The notes: generated by a model not told the origin, from the sequence alone. 64,000 bases of DNA from Eledone cirrhosa (GCA_964016885.1 OZ024745.1:4154001-4218000); one strand, 5' to 3'; numbered from the stretch's first letter, positions 26,885-40,282 are shown. A program made the numbers and translations.

Positions 26885-27673
26885 AGAAATAACAACACAA
26901 TCGGTACAGTATATGGAAGGGATATATTAGGTTAACGCTTGATATAGCAGGAAGAGGGTCTTAACATTTCGGACGCTAGTCCTTCGTCAGAAGAAAGAAT
27001 GAGAAATAAGATAGATTGAGGGGACGGGCGGGCTGGAATTGGAAAAAATGTCTTTAAATAAAAATAACAGGTCCATTCATGTTGACATCTCTTGCAAAAC
27101 TGTTGGTGCTGGCGTTTTGTGTATGATTTGTTTTTTTAGAAAAGTGGATGATGGAGCGTGTCTACCTGAAATAAAAAAAAAAACGTTTTGTAAAAAGAGC
27201 TATACTTGTACACATGCGTAAGCATGTGTGTGTGTTATTATACGTCCGTACGAAGCTAAGAAGAAATGTGTGTGTATATGTGAGTAAGAGACTGTGTGTG
27301 CATGTAAGTACGAAGCTCTGAGCAAAAGTATGTTAATATAAGGGTGTGTATGTGTGTATACAGAGCAGTGAAGGGAAAAGTGGAGTGAGCATATGTAGTC
27401 GGCCTGTATTAGTTTGAAGAGAAGACATTAATGATCAAGAGAAAGTGATAGGAATCTAGGGGTGTGATAATGGAGGGGCTATTAGAGAAACTGGGGAGGT
27501 GAGTTGAGTTCAAGAGGGGAATAGGACCCAAGGCGGTGAATCAGACTTTGATCAGTCCTGGTGCGTGAGGCCTGTGGTCCATGATGTAAAAGGACACCCA
27601 AGACTGAAACATGTAGGGAAGAATGACCAGGAGAACAGAAATGACGGGCGACAGGAGTATCCAAACCAAGTCG
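26885..27673 (-). mobile_element. Penelope-like element 3' fragment (GIY-YIG C-terminus, 3' UTR, hammerhead)
   Basis: DTPVARHFCSPGHSSLHVSVLG...LIHRLGSYSPLELN resembles the PLE GIY-YIG C-terminus; hammerhead motif at 26959-26994. Confidence 0.8.
26959..26994 (-). ncRNA. Minimal hammerhead motif of the PLE pseudo-LTR
   Basis: UCUU-CUGACGA-AGGACUAGCGUCC-GAAA-UG-UU-AAGA. Confidence 0.75.
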
Positions 27674-27674
27674 T

Positions 27675-28100
27675 ATCATCATCATCATCATCATCATCAG
27701 GTTTAGCATCCGTGTTCCACGCTTGCATGGGTTTGGACGGGGGTTTTCCCACTTGAGGCAAGAGTGGTTGTCTTGCTCGCATAGGACTGTCTGGCGGGTT
27801 TTCTACAGTTGGATGCCCTTCCTAACACCAACCACATTGACAGTGTGGGGCTGGGAGGTTTTTACCGTGTTGCCTACACGGCCACATTACAGCGTGGACT
27901 GTCTGGCGGGTTTTCTACAGCTGGATGCCCTTCCTAACACCAACCACATTTACAGTGTGGGGCTGGGAGGTTTTTACCGTGTTGCCTACACGGCCACATT
28001 TACAGCGTGGACTGTGTGTTTTTTGTCGTGACACCTACACGATCTCATTTGTTTCGGCCTGGATGTTGTGGGACCAACATAACTTTACATTGAAAGGGGC
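27675..28100 (-). mobile_element. RTE family C 3' UTR fragment
   Basis: Reverse complement of about 26225-26645. Confidence 0.88.
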
Positions 28101-28192
28101 GGTGTGTCCCTCATATATATATATAGGAAAAGAGTCGGGACCCCGATGGCTGAGCTCCGGCCGCTTCGACAGCTATATATATATATATACAT

Positions 28193-28223
<31 letters not shown>

Positions 28224-28240
28224 CACACACATGCATATAC

Positions 28241-28277
<37 letters not shown>

Positions 28278-28285
28278 CATATGTA

Positions 28286-30950
28286 TGTAATGACAGAGGA
28301 CGGAGACATTGTTATGCTAGCAGGGGACTTCAATAGTCATGTTGGACAGCTCCAGGATGGTTACACTGGGGTACATGGTGGGCACGGTTACGGCTCAAGA
28401 AATGAAGGAGTGAGACTTCTGGAATTTTGTGATGCAGGTACACTAACTATTTGCAACACTAACTTTCAGAAACCTGCCAATCACCTAATAATCTACAAAT
28501 CAAGTGAGCACATAAGCCAGATTGACTTCTTACTAGTTAGGCAGCGGGACAGGCAGATAGTGTCTAATACCAAGGCATACCCTGGGGAAGAATGTACCCC
28601 ACAGCATAGGTTAGTCGTTAATGACATCTCAGTAAGCAAGAGATGGAATGAGACATACAGGAAGGTGTGGAGAAGAAAGGTCTGGAAGCTAAAAGACCTT
28701 TCATTAAAATACAAATTTAGGAAAGCCCTTCAAGATGTGTATGACGAAAAAGAAGATGATTTAGAGACGTATGACATAGATAATAACTGGAATTTCTTAT
28801 GTGACAACTTACTGCAGGCTACTGATGAAACTTGTGGCTGGAGCAGAACTCCAACCAGACAGAGAGTGACCTGGTGGTGGAACAGCACAGTAGATAAGGC
28901 CATTAGAGACAAAAGACTAGCATGGAAGGCTTGGAAAAAGGGTGGGTGTAGAGAAGGATATACAGCCGCTAAGAGAGAAGCTAGACGTCAGGTGTACTTA
29001 GCACGCAGGGAGGCTGAGAGTAGGTTTGCCAATGTTCTGCGATGGGAAGATCAGAGGCGTGCGGTGTTCCACATTGCAAGGCAGTGTGTCAATGCAAATC
29101 AGGATGTTGTTGGAGATAAATGTGTCCGGAATGATGCCGGTGTACTTAGTGTCACGAATGATCAGAATAAGGAGGCCTGGAAATGTCATTATGAGAGACT
29201 GATGAATGTGAAGAACGAATGGGAGAGAGAGAAATTACCCCCAGTAGTTCCGACAGAGGGACCACCTATTGACATTGACGAATATAGGGTCCAAGAGGCG
29301 ATTAAGGAAATGAAAAATGGTAAGGCTGCTGGACCATCGGGGATAGTTGCTGAGACGCTGAAGGCGTCAGGGGACGTAGGCACTAAACTGGTTGCACGCA
29401 TAATCAATCAGGCTATATATGGTGGTGTCATACCCAAAGACTGGTGCAGCAGTATTCTCATAAATTGCTACAAAGGTAAAGGGGATGCTCTGGAGAGGAG
29501 CAATTATAGGAGTATAAAACTGATGGATCAGGTTATGAAAGTGGCAGAAAGGATATTAGTACAACTAATTAGAGAAAGGGTCCAACTAGATGAGATGCAG
29601 TTTGGTTTTGTGCCTGGGAAGAGTACAACAGATGCCCTCTTCTTGGTGAGACAATTACAACAGAGGTTCTTAGAGAAAAATAAGCCACTATACTTAGCCT
29701 TTGTTGACCTAGAGAAGGCCTTTGATAGGGTACCCCGATCTGTCATCTGGTGGTCCCTAAGGAAACTAGGTGTTGAGGAATGGCTTGTGAGGACAGTGCA
29801 AACTTTGTACAGAGGTACTGTCAGTAAAGTCAGGGTAGGAATGGAGTTTAGTGAGGAATACCAGATACAAGTAGGAGTACATCAAGGTTTGGTCCTCAGC
29901 CTGCTCTTGTTCTTTATAGTCCTCCAAACCATAGCAGAGGAGTTTAAGACTGGCTGTCCATGGGAACTTCTCTATGCTGACAATCTGGTTCTTATAGCAG
30001 AATCAGTAGAGGAGTTAGAGAATAAATTCTGGCTATGGAAATAGCAGTGGGAATCAATAGGAGTGAGAGTGAACCTAGCTAAGACAAAAGTGTTGATGAG
30101 TAGAAAAGAGGACAAAACTCTCTGATTCCGTCAGGGAAATGGCTATGTTCGATATGCAGAAAAGGAACTGGCATAAATTCTATAAAATGCACACAATGCA
30201 GATCCTGGGTACACAAGAGATGTAGTGGGATAGCAGGCAAACTAACAGGTAGGGAGAAATACAAATGCAGTAGATGTACAGGGAAATTAGACAGTAGAAG
30301 TCGCATTGATAGACACATTTTTCAAATGCAGGCAGGTGTTATAGAAGTGGTGGATAGCTTCCGGTACCTAGGAGATCAGATTAGCATGGGAGTGGGGGTG
30401 TTCCGAGGCCATAGTATCTAGAATAAGGAGGGGTTGGAAGAAGTTTAGGGAGCTGCTTCTTCTGCTGACGAAGAAGGGTTTCTCCCTGTGTATGAAAGGC
30501 CAGTTATATGACGCCTGAGTGAGGAGCGCGATGCTGCATGGTAGTGAGATATGGGCAGCAACTGCAGAGGATATGTGACGGCTGGAGAGAAATAAAGCAA
30601 GCATGCTCTGTTGGATGTGCAATGTCGATGTGCGTGAACAACCGAGCATGGATGTGTTTAAGAGGGATAAGTGGTAGTGTGCGGGAGAGAAGACGGAGGT
30701 GGTATGGACATGTGATGCGCATGGAGGATGACCACTGGGTAAAGAAGTGCCAGGAAATGCCAGTTGAAGGAAGATGCAGTAGAGGAAGACCACGAAAAAC
30801 ATGGGTGGAGGTTGTGAGAGCTGACCTCAGATCGCTGAAGTTCACGGTGGAGATGATGAAGGACCGTGACAAGTGGAGAGATGCTGTGCTGAATAGAACC
30901 CGTCCCACCCTTGCAAGCAAGGAAAAGTGGACGTAAAATGATGATGATGA
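28286..30950 (+). mobile_element. RTE-clade LINE (family B), 5'-truncated, degenerate
   Basis: APE (AGDFNSHVG, SQIDFLL), RT (YADN), in-frame stops after 30044, PHD-like finger; very short 3' end with cttgcaagcaag hairpin and (GAT)n. Confidence 0.93.
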
Positions 30951-31006
30951 TATATATATATATATATATGTGTGTGTGTATATATATATGATGATGATGA
31001 TGATGA

Positions 31007-31040
<34 letters not shown>

Positions 31041-31786
31041 ATCTGTCGGGACTGTTGCCTTCAAATACCAAATAGTTTTTCTAAAAGGAAACTTCTTTTT
31101 TTCAATGGTATATTCTTGGAAAATCTTCTACCATTTGTGGGTGAAGAGTTGGAAGAACTGGGTAAGGTATAGATCTCTTGTCTAAAGGCTTTGCTTTTTA
31201 GAAAATCAATCTATACATTTACATATCTATACACATGTAACTATTAGTATAATAACACACACACACACTCTATCTCTCTCTATATATATAGAGGGAGGGG
31301 TTCCACTCACATTTACATCATTTGAACCCTTATTGAATTGGTATTTATTCGTAATCGTAACATTCACCTAAAATATCCCACTATATCACTGTGTATAGCT
31401 ATATGTGTATGTGTGTATATCTACGTGTGTCAGTGTGTGTACATATATCTCTCTACGTGTGTGTGTGTGTATCTCGACGTATGCATATGTATATATATTT
31501 ACATGCGTGGAAGTGAATATATATCTACGTAAGTGTATATATTTACACACGTGTGAGTGCGTATATACGTATGTATAAGTGTATATATACATATATATAC
31601 GTATGTGTGAGTGTGTATATTTACATATGGGTGAATGTATATATCTACATGTGTGCCAGTGTGTATATATACATATGTGTGCCAGTGTGTATATATATGT
31701 ATATATACCGCATTCAGTTATTATACCATTTTCCAGTACCGTCTAATTCGATCGCCGTTGCCTAGCAATTCCTGATAGTTGGGTTA

Positions 31787-32444
31787 TTGGTGGCGGTGGT
31801 GGTAATGGTGGTGGTGGTGGTGGTGGTGGTGGTAATGGTGGTGGTGGTGGTGGTGGTGGTGGTAATGGTGGTGGTGGTGGTGGTGGTGGTGGTGGTGGTG
31901 GTGGTGGTGGTGAAGCAGTATACAGACTGACAGTAATATGGTGGCGGTGGTGGTAATGGTGGTGGTGGTGGTGGTGAAGCAGTATACAGACTGACATATG
32001 GTGGCGGTGGTGGTAATGGTGGTGGTGGTGGTGGTGGTGGTGGTAATGGTGGTGGTGGTGGTGGTGGTGGTGGTAATGGTGGTGGTGGTGGTGGTGGTGG
32101 TGGTAATGGTGGTGGTGGTGGTGGTGGTGGTGGTGGTGGTGGTGGTGGTGGTGAAGCAGTATACAGACTGACATATGGTGGCGGTGGTGGTAATGGTGGT
32201 GGTGGTGGTGGTGGTGGTGGTAATGGTGGTGGTGGTGGTGGTGGTGGTGGTGGTGGTGGTGGTGGTGAAGCAGTATACAGACTGACAGTAATATGGTGGC
32301 GGTGGTGGTAATGGTGGTGGTGGTGGTGGTGGTGGTGGTGGTGGTGAAGCAGTATACAGACTGACATATGGTGGCGGTGGTGGTAATGGTGGTGGTGGTG
32401 GTGGTGAAGCAGTATACAGACTGACATATGGTGGCGGTGGTGGT
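31787..32444. repeat. Compound (GGT)n array with recurring spacer
   Basis: (GGT)n blocks separated six times by gaagcagtatacagactgac(agta)atat. Confidence 0.92.
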
Positions 32445-32839
32445 AGAATGACACAACCAATTATATACATTCTCTGCTATTTCCCCTCTAGTTAAACTTC
32501 TCTTTTCTCTTCATCACAATCACTGCCTCACTTCTAAACCCTTCCGCAAAGCAACTATTGCAGATCGATAAAGATCCCTTGTAAAATACTCGCATGAATA
32601 AAAATAAACGGTGCCTTATTTATTTCAAACCCTAAAAACGGCGACATTATTATTTGTGTCGGTTTTAAGGGCTGATACGAGTAAGAAGGGAGCAGATGTT
32701 GCCGGTAGTTTCCTTGCTAGCAGTTTATATAGTTTATAATATGACTGTACTTTTCTATGAGATTAACATAAACAGTTTCCTCTGCGTGTATATCCAGAGT
32801 CTTGCGTATATTGTGAGAACTTTAAATAAAATTATATAG

Positions 32840-32878
<39 letters not shown>

Positions 32879-32916
32879 ATGTATATATATATATATATAT
32901 AAATATATATATATTT

Positions 32917-32992
<76 letters not shown>

Positions 32993-32994
<2 letters not shown>

Positions 32995-33184
32995 GATATT
33001 AATAAATGGAAACTATATTTATAAAACCATATTTATTTCATTATACATATTTCAGGGATACCAAATTAAATTATATTGTATTTTGTCTGATGAAGGCATA
33101 CCGTAATTTAATTTGGTATCCCTGAAATATGTATAATGAAATAAATATGGTTTTATAAATATAGTTTCCATTTATTAATATCGT
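32993..33184. repeat. Perfect 81-bp inverted repeat with 30-nt spacer
   Basis: 32993-33073 is the reverse complement of 33104-33184. Confidence 0.92.
33079..33143 (+). ncRNA. Type-I hammerhead motif
   Basis: UAUUUUGU-CUGAUGA-AGGCAUACC..GGUAUCCCU-GAA-AUAUGUAU-A-AUGAAAUA. Confidence 0.75.
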
Positions 33185-33271
33185 ATATCTACTCCAAATA
33201 CTTGTCGAGTGCTTTATATCAGTTATAAAAATATTTACTTGTTGTATCCCAACAATTTTAAATAGAACTTT

Positions 33272-33373
<102 letters not shown>

Positions 33374-33387
33374 TATGTATATATATT

Positions 33388-33471
<84 letters not shown>

Positions 33472-33532
33472 TATGTATATATATATATATATATAAATAT
33501 ATATTTATATATATATATTTATGTATATATAT

Positions 33533-33591
<59 letters not shown>

Positions 33592-33595
33592 CACG

Positions 33596-33627
<32 letters not shown>

Positions 33628-33630
33628 CAC

Positions 33631-33751
<121 letters not shown>

Positions 33752-33823
33752 AATATATACATATATATATATATATATATTTATTCAAAATATTAACAAA
33801 ATAGATATTCTTGTGATCAAGTA

Positions 33824-33890
33824 TATTTTATTATACATATTTCAGAGGTACTGAGTTAAGTTCAACAGCACGTCCTCATCAGATAAAATA
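33824..33890 (-). ncRNA. Type-I hammerhead motif (same family as 33079)
   Basis: UAUUUUAU-CUGAUGA-GGACGUGCUG..CAGUACCUCU-GAA-AUAUGUAU-A-AUAAAAUA. Confidence 0.75.
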
Positions 33891-34293
33891 AGATGGTACA
33901 TGACATACCCTTGACATAGTAGAACCTTGTTTAACTTTTAAATATATATATATATATAAAACATACATATATATATATATACATATATATGTAGTGACCC
34001 CTGGTCCGAGTTCGACCATATGTTGCAGCTGGGCATTATTCGCCCATCTACGAGTCCTTGGGCTTCCCCGTTACATACAAGACTTCTGGCGACTGGAGAC
34101 CCACTGGGGATTATAGAAGATTAAACGCGATGACCGTCCCGGATAGATATCCGATTCCCCACCTCCAGGATTTTGCATCTTCGTTGCAGGGTTGTAAGAT
34201 TTTCTCCAAACTCGATTTAGTGCGAGTTTACCACCAAATTCCGGTCAGGAAGGAAGACATTCCGAAAACAGCTATTACGACTCCTTTCGGATC

Positions 34294-35727
34294 TATAACC
34301 TAATACTGGTGTGTATGAATATAGCAAGACACTAGGTTGTGTGTATAAAGTTTAATTAACAAGTTGAAGTTATGTAGAATAGTATAGTTGACATGTCCAT
34401 GAGTAGAAGAAAGAATGAAGTAAAGTTATTTGTTACCGTTTTGAAGTTAGCTCGCAAGAGACCATGTTAGGGTTGCCAGGCGAACGCGTCTGGTCGAAGG
34501 GCCAAGCAGGTTAGAAGAGGGCAAATGAGAGGGAGAGAGCTGAAAATGATTCCCTTTATAGGGTCCCAGAACGGAAGTGACAAAAAGGGTTCTGCCACCC
34601 CAACGGAAAGCAACTCCAGCTACTTCTTGTCTAGAGAGCGGTGATGTGATTGTCATAACAAGGGAGGCAACTCTTGCTACTTTATCCCCCGCCAGATTTT
34701 TAAAATATAAAAAAATCGAATGAACCATGTATGGAGTAAGATGGCGAGCATGTAACACCAAAGTCCAGACATGAAAATTACGAAAAAAATAATGTTTGCA
34801 ATAAAAGGAAAACAGCAAAATATAAGCATGCAAAAATCAATGATAGATATCAAGGTAGCCAACCGCTCTTGGCCAGAGAACGACTGGACATCTATCTATC
34901 CATCACTCAAAGATACAATGTAATCAAAGTAAAAGAAGAGGTCAAAGTTCAAATGTTCAAAATACAGTTCACAGGTGTGCAATCACATGACAGCTGGAAA
35001 GAAAGTGTGTTCCAGAGAATGTATGCAGGTGGTTTCTGGTCTGTGGTATAACGTGAACGAAAAACATATATATACATCCAGTGAAATGCGACACTTAGTT
35101 GATGTACGACACGTGCGTGAGAGAAAAAGAGTCTGTCTGAACGAGAATTTCACATGTGCGTGTGTTCGTTTCTGTGTCTGCGTATTTTTCTAGTTTGTTA
35201 ATAAAGTTTGCTGCGTATTCGAAATGTTGGTCGACACATTCCAACGAAAATGGGGTACTGCTAATTAATTTTCTTTTTTTCCATACTCACACAACACCAG
35301 ATTCTGTTATTTTTTTCTTTTCTATTCGGGGTCACCACTTATAACATAATACTGGTGTGTATGAATATAGCAAGACACTAGGTTGTGTGTATAAAGTTTA
35401 ATTAACAAGTTGAAGTTATGTAGAACAGTATAGTTGACATGTCCATGAGTAGAAGAAAAAATGAAGTAAAGTTATTTGTTACCGTTTTGAAGTTAGCTCG
35501 CAAGAGACCATGTTAGGGTTGCCAGGCGAACGCGCCTGGCTGAAGGGCCAGGCAGGTTAGAAGAGGGCAAATGAGAGGGAGAGAGCTGAAAGTTATTCCC
35601 TTTATAGGGTCCCAGAACGGAAGTGACAAAAAGGGTTCTGCCACCCCAACGGGAAGCAACTCCAGCTACTTCCTGTCTAGAGAGCGGTGATGTGATTGTC
35701 ATAACAAGGGAGGCAACTCTTACTACA
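34294..35727 (-). mobile_element. Non-autonomous LTR element (TRIM-like) inserted in Gypsy RT
   Basis: 388-bp LTRs at 34294-34681 and 35340-35727; PBS TGGTGACCCCGA at 35326-35337 (tRNA-Trp type); PPT ctggcgggggataa; GATC TSD; 658-bp non-coding interior. Confidence 0.9.
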
Positions 35728-36544
35728 GATCCTTCGAGTTTTTTACCATGCCTTTTGGACTCAGGAATGCCGCTAGCACTTTTCAGCGGTTCATAGACGA
35801 GGTCAGTCGTGGTCTGGACTTCGTTTATGCATATATAGATGATCTTCTCGTCGCTAGTTCCTCTCCAGAAGAACATATGCGTTACCTGAACCTTTTATTT
35901 TGCCGACTCTAGGATTACCGTGTTCGAGTGAATCCCGCAAAGTGTGTTTTCGGATCTGCTTCACTGAATTTTTTAGGTCACATCATCGACGCCAAGGATA
36001 TTCGACCCCTTCCACAGCGAGTTAAGGCTATACAGGATTTACCTCCGCCTACCTCACTTCACCAGTTGCGTCACTTCTTAGGCCTAATCAGTTTTTATAG
36101 ACGTTTCATTCCTCAATGTGCAAAATTACTGTTTTCCCATACCAAGATTTTGAAAGATCGTCGTAAAAGGAATGAGGATATTTCCTTGACACAAGGACAA
36201 CTCAAAAATTTCCAGACTGTCAAGACAGCACTTGCTAATTCATCTTTGCTAGCCCACCCAGTACCAGAGGCCAAGCTTTCACTTTGTGTCGATGCATCTG
36301 ATACCGTTGTGGGAGCAGTTTTACAACAGTATAACGCTGAAAACCAACAACCTTTGGCATTTTTCTCCAGGAAGCCGAAACCAGCAGAAACTCGTTACAG
36401 CACGTTTGGTCGGGAGTTATTAGCCATATGTCTGTCGGTGAAACATTTTTCTCATATTCTTGAGGGAAGAAATTTTACGGTTTTCACTGACCCCAAACCT
36501 ATGACCTTCACTTTGAGGGCTAAAGCCAACAAATATTCACCCAG

Positions 36545-36882
36545 AGGACATGGCTTAGTGGTTAGAGCATTGGCCTTGCAATCGAAAGGTTGTGAGTTCA
36601 ATTCTCAGACCGGGTGATGTGTTGTTTCCTTGAACAAGACACTTTATTTCACATTGCTCCAGTTTACTCAGCTGTAGAAATGAGATAATAGGACTGGGGT
36701 CTATATCATTCCACTGCAAAGTGGTCGTGGAGGTGCCACAGCAAAAAAAGCACCCACCACTCACTGTAAATGAGGTTGGTGTTAGGAAGGGCATCCAGCT
36801 GTAGAAATCAAGCCAGAATCAGTTCCCGTCCCACCCTTGCAAGCAGGGGAAAAGCGGACGTAAAATGAAATGTTGAAATGAT
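36545..36882 (+). mobile_element. tRNA-derived SINE inserted in Gypsy RNase H
   Basis: Same family as 5583; interrupts KYSPR|...HLDYISQFT. Confidence 0.9.
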
Positions 36883-37939
36883 GAGAGACAAAACACCTCG
36901 ATTACATTTCGCAGTTTACCAATGATATCCAGCAGATTGCTGGCTCACTAAATACAGCTGCATACGCCTTGTCACGCTTGCCAATCAGCTCGATTTTGTC
37001 ATCCCAGGAGATAGATTTAAGTCATTTGGCAGCAGACCAACCTGCACTCGAATCGTTGGATACTTCATCAGTCGAATTTGCGACTTGCAACCTGAAATAT
37101 CTGCCCTTGTCGACTACCGACAGGCAGATTCTCTGCGACGTATCTACGGATTCACCACGACCTTATGTTCCCGAGACACACCGTCGAATTGTGTTCCTTG
37201 CTTTGCACAGGATTTCTCACCCAGGATCTTCAGCACATAACGGCTAGATTTTTCTGGCCAAATATGAGGCGAGAAATTATTGCTTGGTGCTGTTCCTGCA
37301 TACAATGTCAAAAATCTAAAGTCCACAGACACATCCGGACTCTACTTGGTACTTTCAGTACCCCGGATGCTCGTTTTCGACACATCCACATCGATATCGT
37401 TGGACCTTGGCCAGTCAGTAGTGGATATTCTGACCTTTTGACCTGCATTGATCGTTTTCGCGATGTCCTGAAGCCATCCCCTTAAAGGACATTACCGCCG
37501 AGACGATAGCGCGTGCTCTGGTATCAGGGCGGATTGCCCGCTATGGCGTGCCAACCACAATTACTACAGACCGTTGAATCACATCTTTTCTCGGAGTTAA
37601 CAAAAATTATTTTTGCTCAACGCATTCGGACCACATCTTATCATCCTGCTTCAAACTGAATGGTGGAGCGTTTTCACCGCCAATTAAAGGCCGCTCTTTG
37701 TGCCTATCCAGACTCTCTACATTGGACCGAGTAGCTTCCTATTCTGTTGTTAGGAATTCGGTCTTCAATAAAGGAGGACCTTGGGTTCTCCCCGGCTGAA
37801 TTATTGTATGGTGCTCCTCTAGTGTTGCCTGGGCAAATGCTGGCCCCTGTTGATCTTATAATAATAATTGTTTCTACTTTAGGCACAAGGCCAGCAATTA
37901 CCCAGTGCATTACTGGTACTTTATTTTATCGACCCCGTA

Positions 37940-38215
37940 TAATAATGAAAATATTGTGTACAGTGATCAGGTGCACTACAACTCATCAAAAAGTGTATGT
38001 ATAGTACATAGGGTAATGCACAAACGTCAGGAAAAGGAACAGTGCATGAGTCATGATATACACATGTGTTGCATGTGTATGGAAGGGGTACATCAGGTGT
38101 AGTTTTGGCGAATTTCGAGAAGCATGAGGGCTTTAAAGGATGCAGTGTCTCGGCAGCTAACAACTGACGCAGGCAGTTTGTTCCATGCTTCAGCAACTCT
38201 GAGCGTGAAAAAATG
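37940..38215 (-). mobile_element. CR1-like LINE 3' end
   Basis: FFTLRVAEAWNKLPASVVSCRDTASFK on -; homologous to 59515-59910. Confidence 0.75.
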
Positions 38216-38714
38216 GAGCCTTTTCTTTTTTCTTGTATTGTGTATGCATGTACCTTTTTTTTGTTTCATACCTTTCCTTTGATCCCATTCTTGCGAGTTC
38301 GCTTCAGTTACCTTTGGGTTGTTCGCCTATCGACTGGAGGAGGGTATTGTAGTGACCCTAGCGTCGAGAACCAGAAGTAATGAGAGTTACGTCCCATGGG
38401 GACTATAAATTGAGAGACAGCAGTCCTGAAGTTAAGATGTAACCTTGCCTTCTCCCACCTTTAATTCACCCACACTATGTGGAGTGAACATATTAAGAGC
38501 AGCTCTCTCACTAACTATGGTCGCAGACTACAACAGCCTCATGAACCAACAACAAAAATAACATTGTCAACCTTTGCAACTTGTGGTAATATGTTTATTG
38601 TTCAATTTGACTCAAGTGAAGTAAACCTTTATATAGTAAATCATTTATTCTTGTTATTACATCTAATAAACGTGTTAATCCATCTAACAATTTCTTAAAA
38701 ATACCCTTTGTTAA

Positions 38715-39150
38715 ATATATTGCTGTAGTGGAGTCTGTGCTGCCGTACGGGTCTGAGACTTGTACACTGACCAAGAAACTCACTCAGATGGTGGATGGGT
38801 GCTACACGAGAATGCTGAGGATGGCTCTGAACATTAATTAGTATACACTGAGGATGAAAAACTCAGAGTTGTACGGGAGTCTCCCAAACGTCAGCTCAAA
38901 AGTGACACAGAGGAGACTGAGATTAGCTGGACATGCTCACTGACATCCAGAGTTGACATTGCACGCAGTGCTCCTGTGGGAGCCCCTACATGGACACACT
39001 GGAAGAGGAAGACCAAAGTTAACGTATGTTGATGCCCTAAGGACAGACACTGGTCTGTTGGAGACGCAGGACAAGGCATCGATAATGAGGGACAGAGACC
39101 GCTGGAACTCGTCCATGGATCTCGGGAATTTTACCCGCCCTAGAATATAG
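38715..39150 (+). mobile_element. Decayed LINE 3' fragment (RTE-like)
   Basis: VESVLPYGSET..., CYTRMLRMAL, LLWEP..GRGRPKLTYVD motifs. Confidence 0.7.
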
Positions 39151-39273
39151 GGAAATGTATGACCCCGACGGCAGAGCTCAAGCCGTTTCTACGGCTATTT
39201 CTGAACTATTTCTGTCCAGAAATAGCCGTCGAAACGGCTTGAGCTCTGCTGTCGGTATCATACATTTTCCTAT
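39147..39273. repeat. Fold-back hairpin (~57-bp arms)
   Basis: atagggaaatgtatgaccccgacggcagagctcaagccgtttc... / ...gaaacggcttgagctctgctgtcggtatcatacattttcctat. Confidence 0.85.
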
Positions 39274-39900
39274 TACCCACTCTACTACCCTAAGTATTGA
39301 GTACTCTGGTGCGTTATGGTCCATCTGGTTCCTTACCACAACTCCTTCGTTATATATATATATTTATATATATGTAGATAAATCTACCAAGAGTTTACGG
39401 TAGTGTCCAATCCGTATGAAGAACTCAATGTATTCCGGATATCATGGAAAGAAGAGATGTAATGAAAATCGACTTTCGGTGAAAGATAAACGGTATACAG
39501 AGTCAAGATAAAATATTAAACAAATAATGAACAAACCATTCCTTATATTAAACAAAAAAAGTTCACTATTTAACGATCGTTTCTAGGGTATATATGTGTT
39601 ATAATTGGTATGCATATTTAACAGATCTATGTACAAAATTATACAAAATTATACAAATTATCAAGATTAAACATACATACCTAACTCATATATACGCCGT
39701 CTTCAGAAATAATGAAGTATATTTATTGATAATAACAACAATTCAAAATATCAGTTCAAAATTGACCAATGAAAACACAAAGGGTTAAAAGCAGTTTGGT
39801 GTGTGTATATACATGTAAAAACCTTACACATATTTATATATATATATATACATATATATATATGTATATATATATATATATGCATATATATATATATATA

Positions 39901-40282
39901 TCATCATCACCATCATCATCATCATCACCGTTTTACGTCCGTACTTCCACGCTAGCATGGGTTAGACGGATTGTCCTGTTGTGGGCAGTGTCCGGTCAGC
40001 TGACCTTGTCTTGCTCATACAGGAACTGATTCTGGCTTGATTTCTACAGCTGGATGCCCTTCCTAACACCAACCGCATTTACAGTGAGTGCTGGGTGCTT
40101 TTTTCCGTGGCACCTCCACAACCACTTTACAGTGTGGGTTGAGTGCTTTTTTGCCGTGGCACCTCCACGACCACTTTGCAGTGGAGGGTGTGGGGGCATA
40201 TTGTCTATATGCTTCAGCTTCAGCTTGTACCCATGGTGGGTCGGGTCTTCTTTATTACTGCGTGACGCCAGAGGTCACAGAC
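39901..40282 (-). mobile_element. RTE family A 3' end
   Basis: Matches the reverse complement of about 18520-18890. Confidence 0.88.

Larger units (their letters stand above)
33990..38532 (+). mobile_element. Decayed Gypsy/Ty3 LTR retrotransposon with nested insertions
   Basis: RT ([15 protein letters not shown]), RNase H (VDASD, GRELLAI), integrase (HISHPG, CIQCQ, HIDIVGP, MVERFHRQLK); PPT ctggaggagggtat; 3' LTR TGTAGT...ACTACA at 38348-38532. Confidence 0.92.

Noticed and set aside
31743-32470. Formin/extensin-like poly-Pro, poly-His and poly-Thr ORFs
   Set aside because: Products of the (GGT)n repeat in all frames; no flanking domains or credible splice context.
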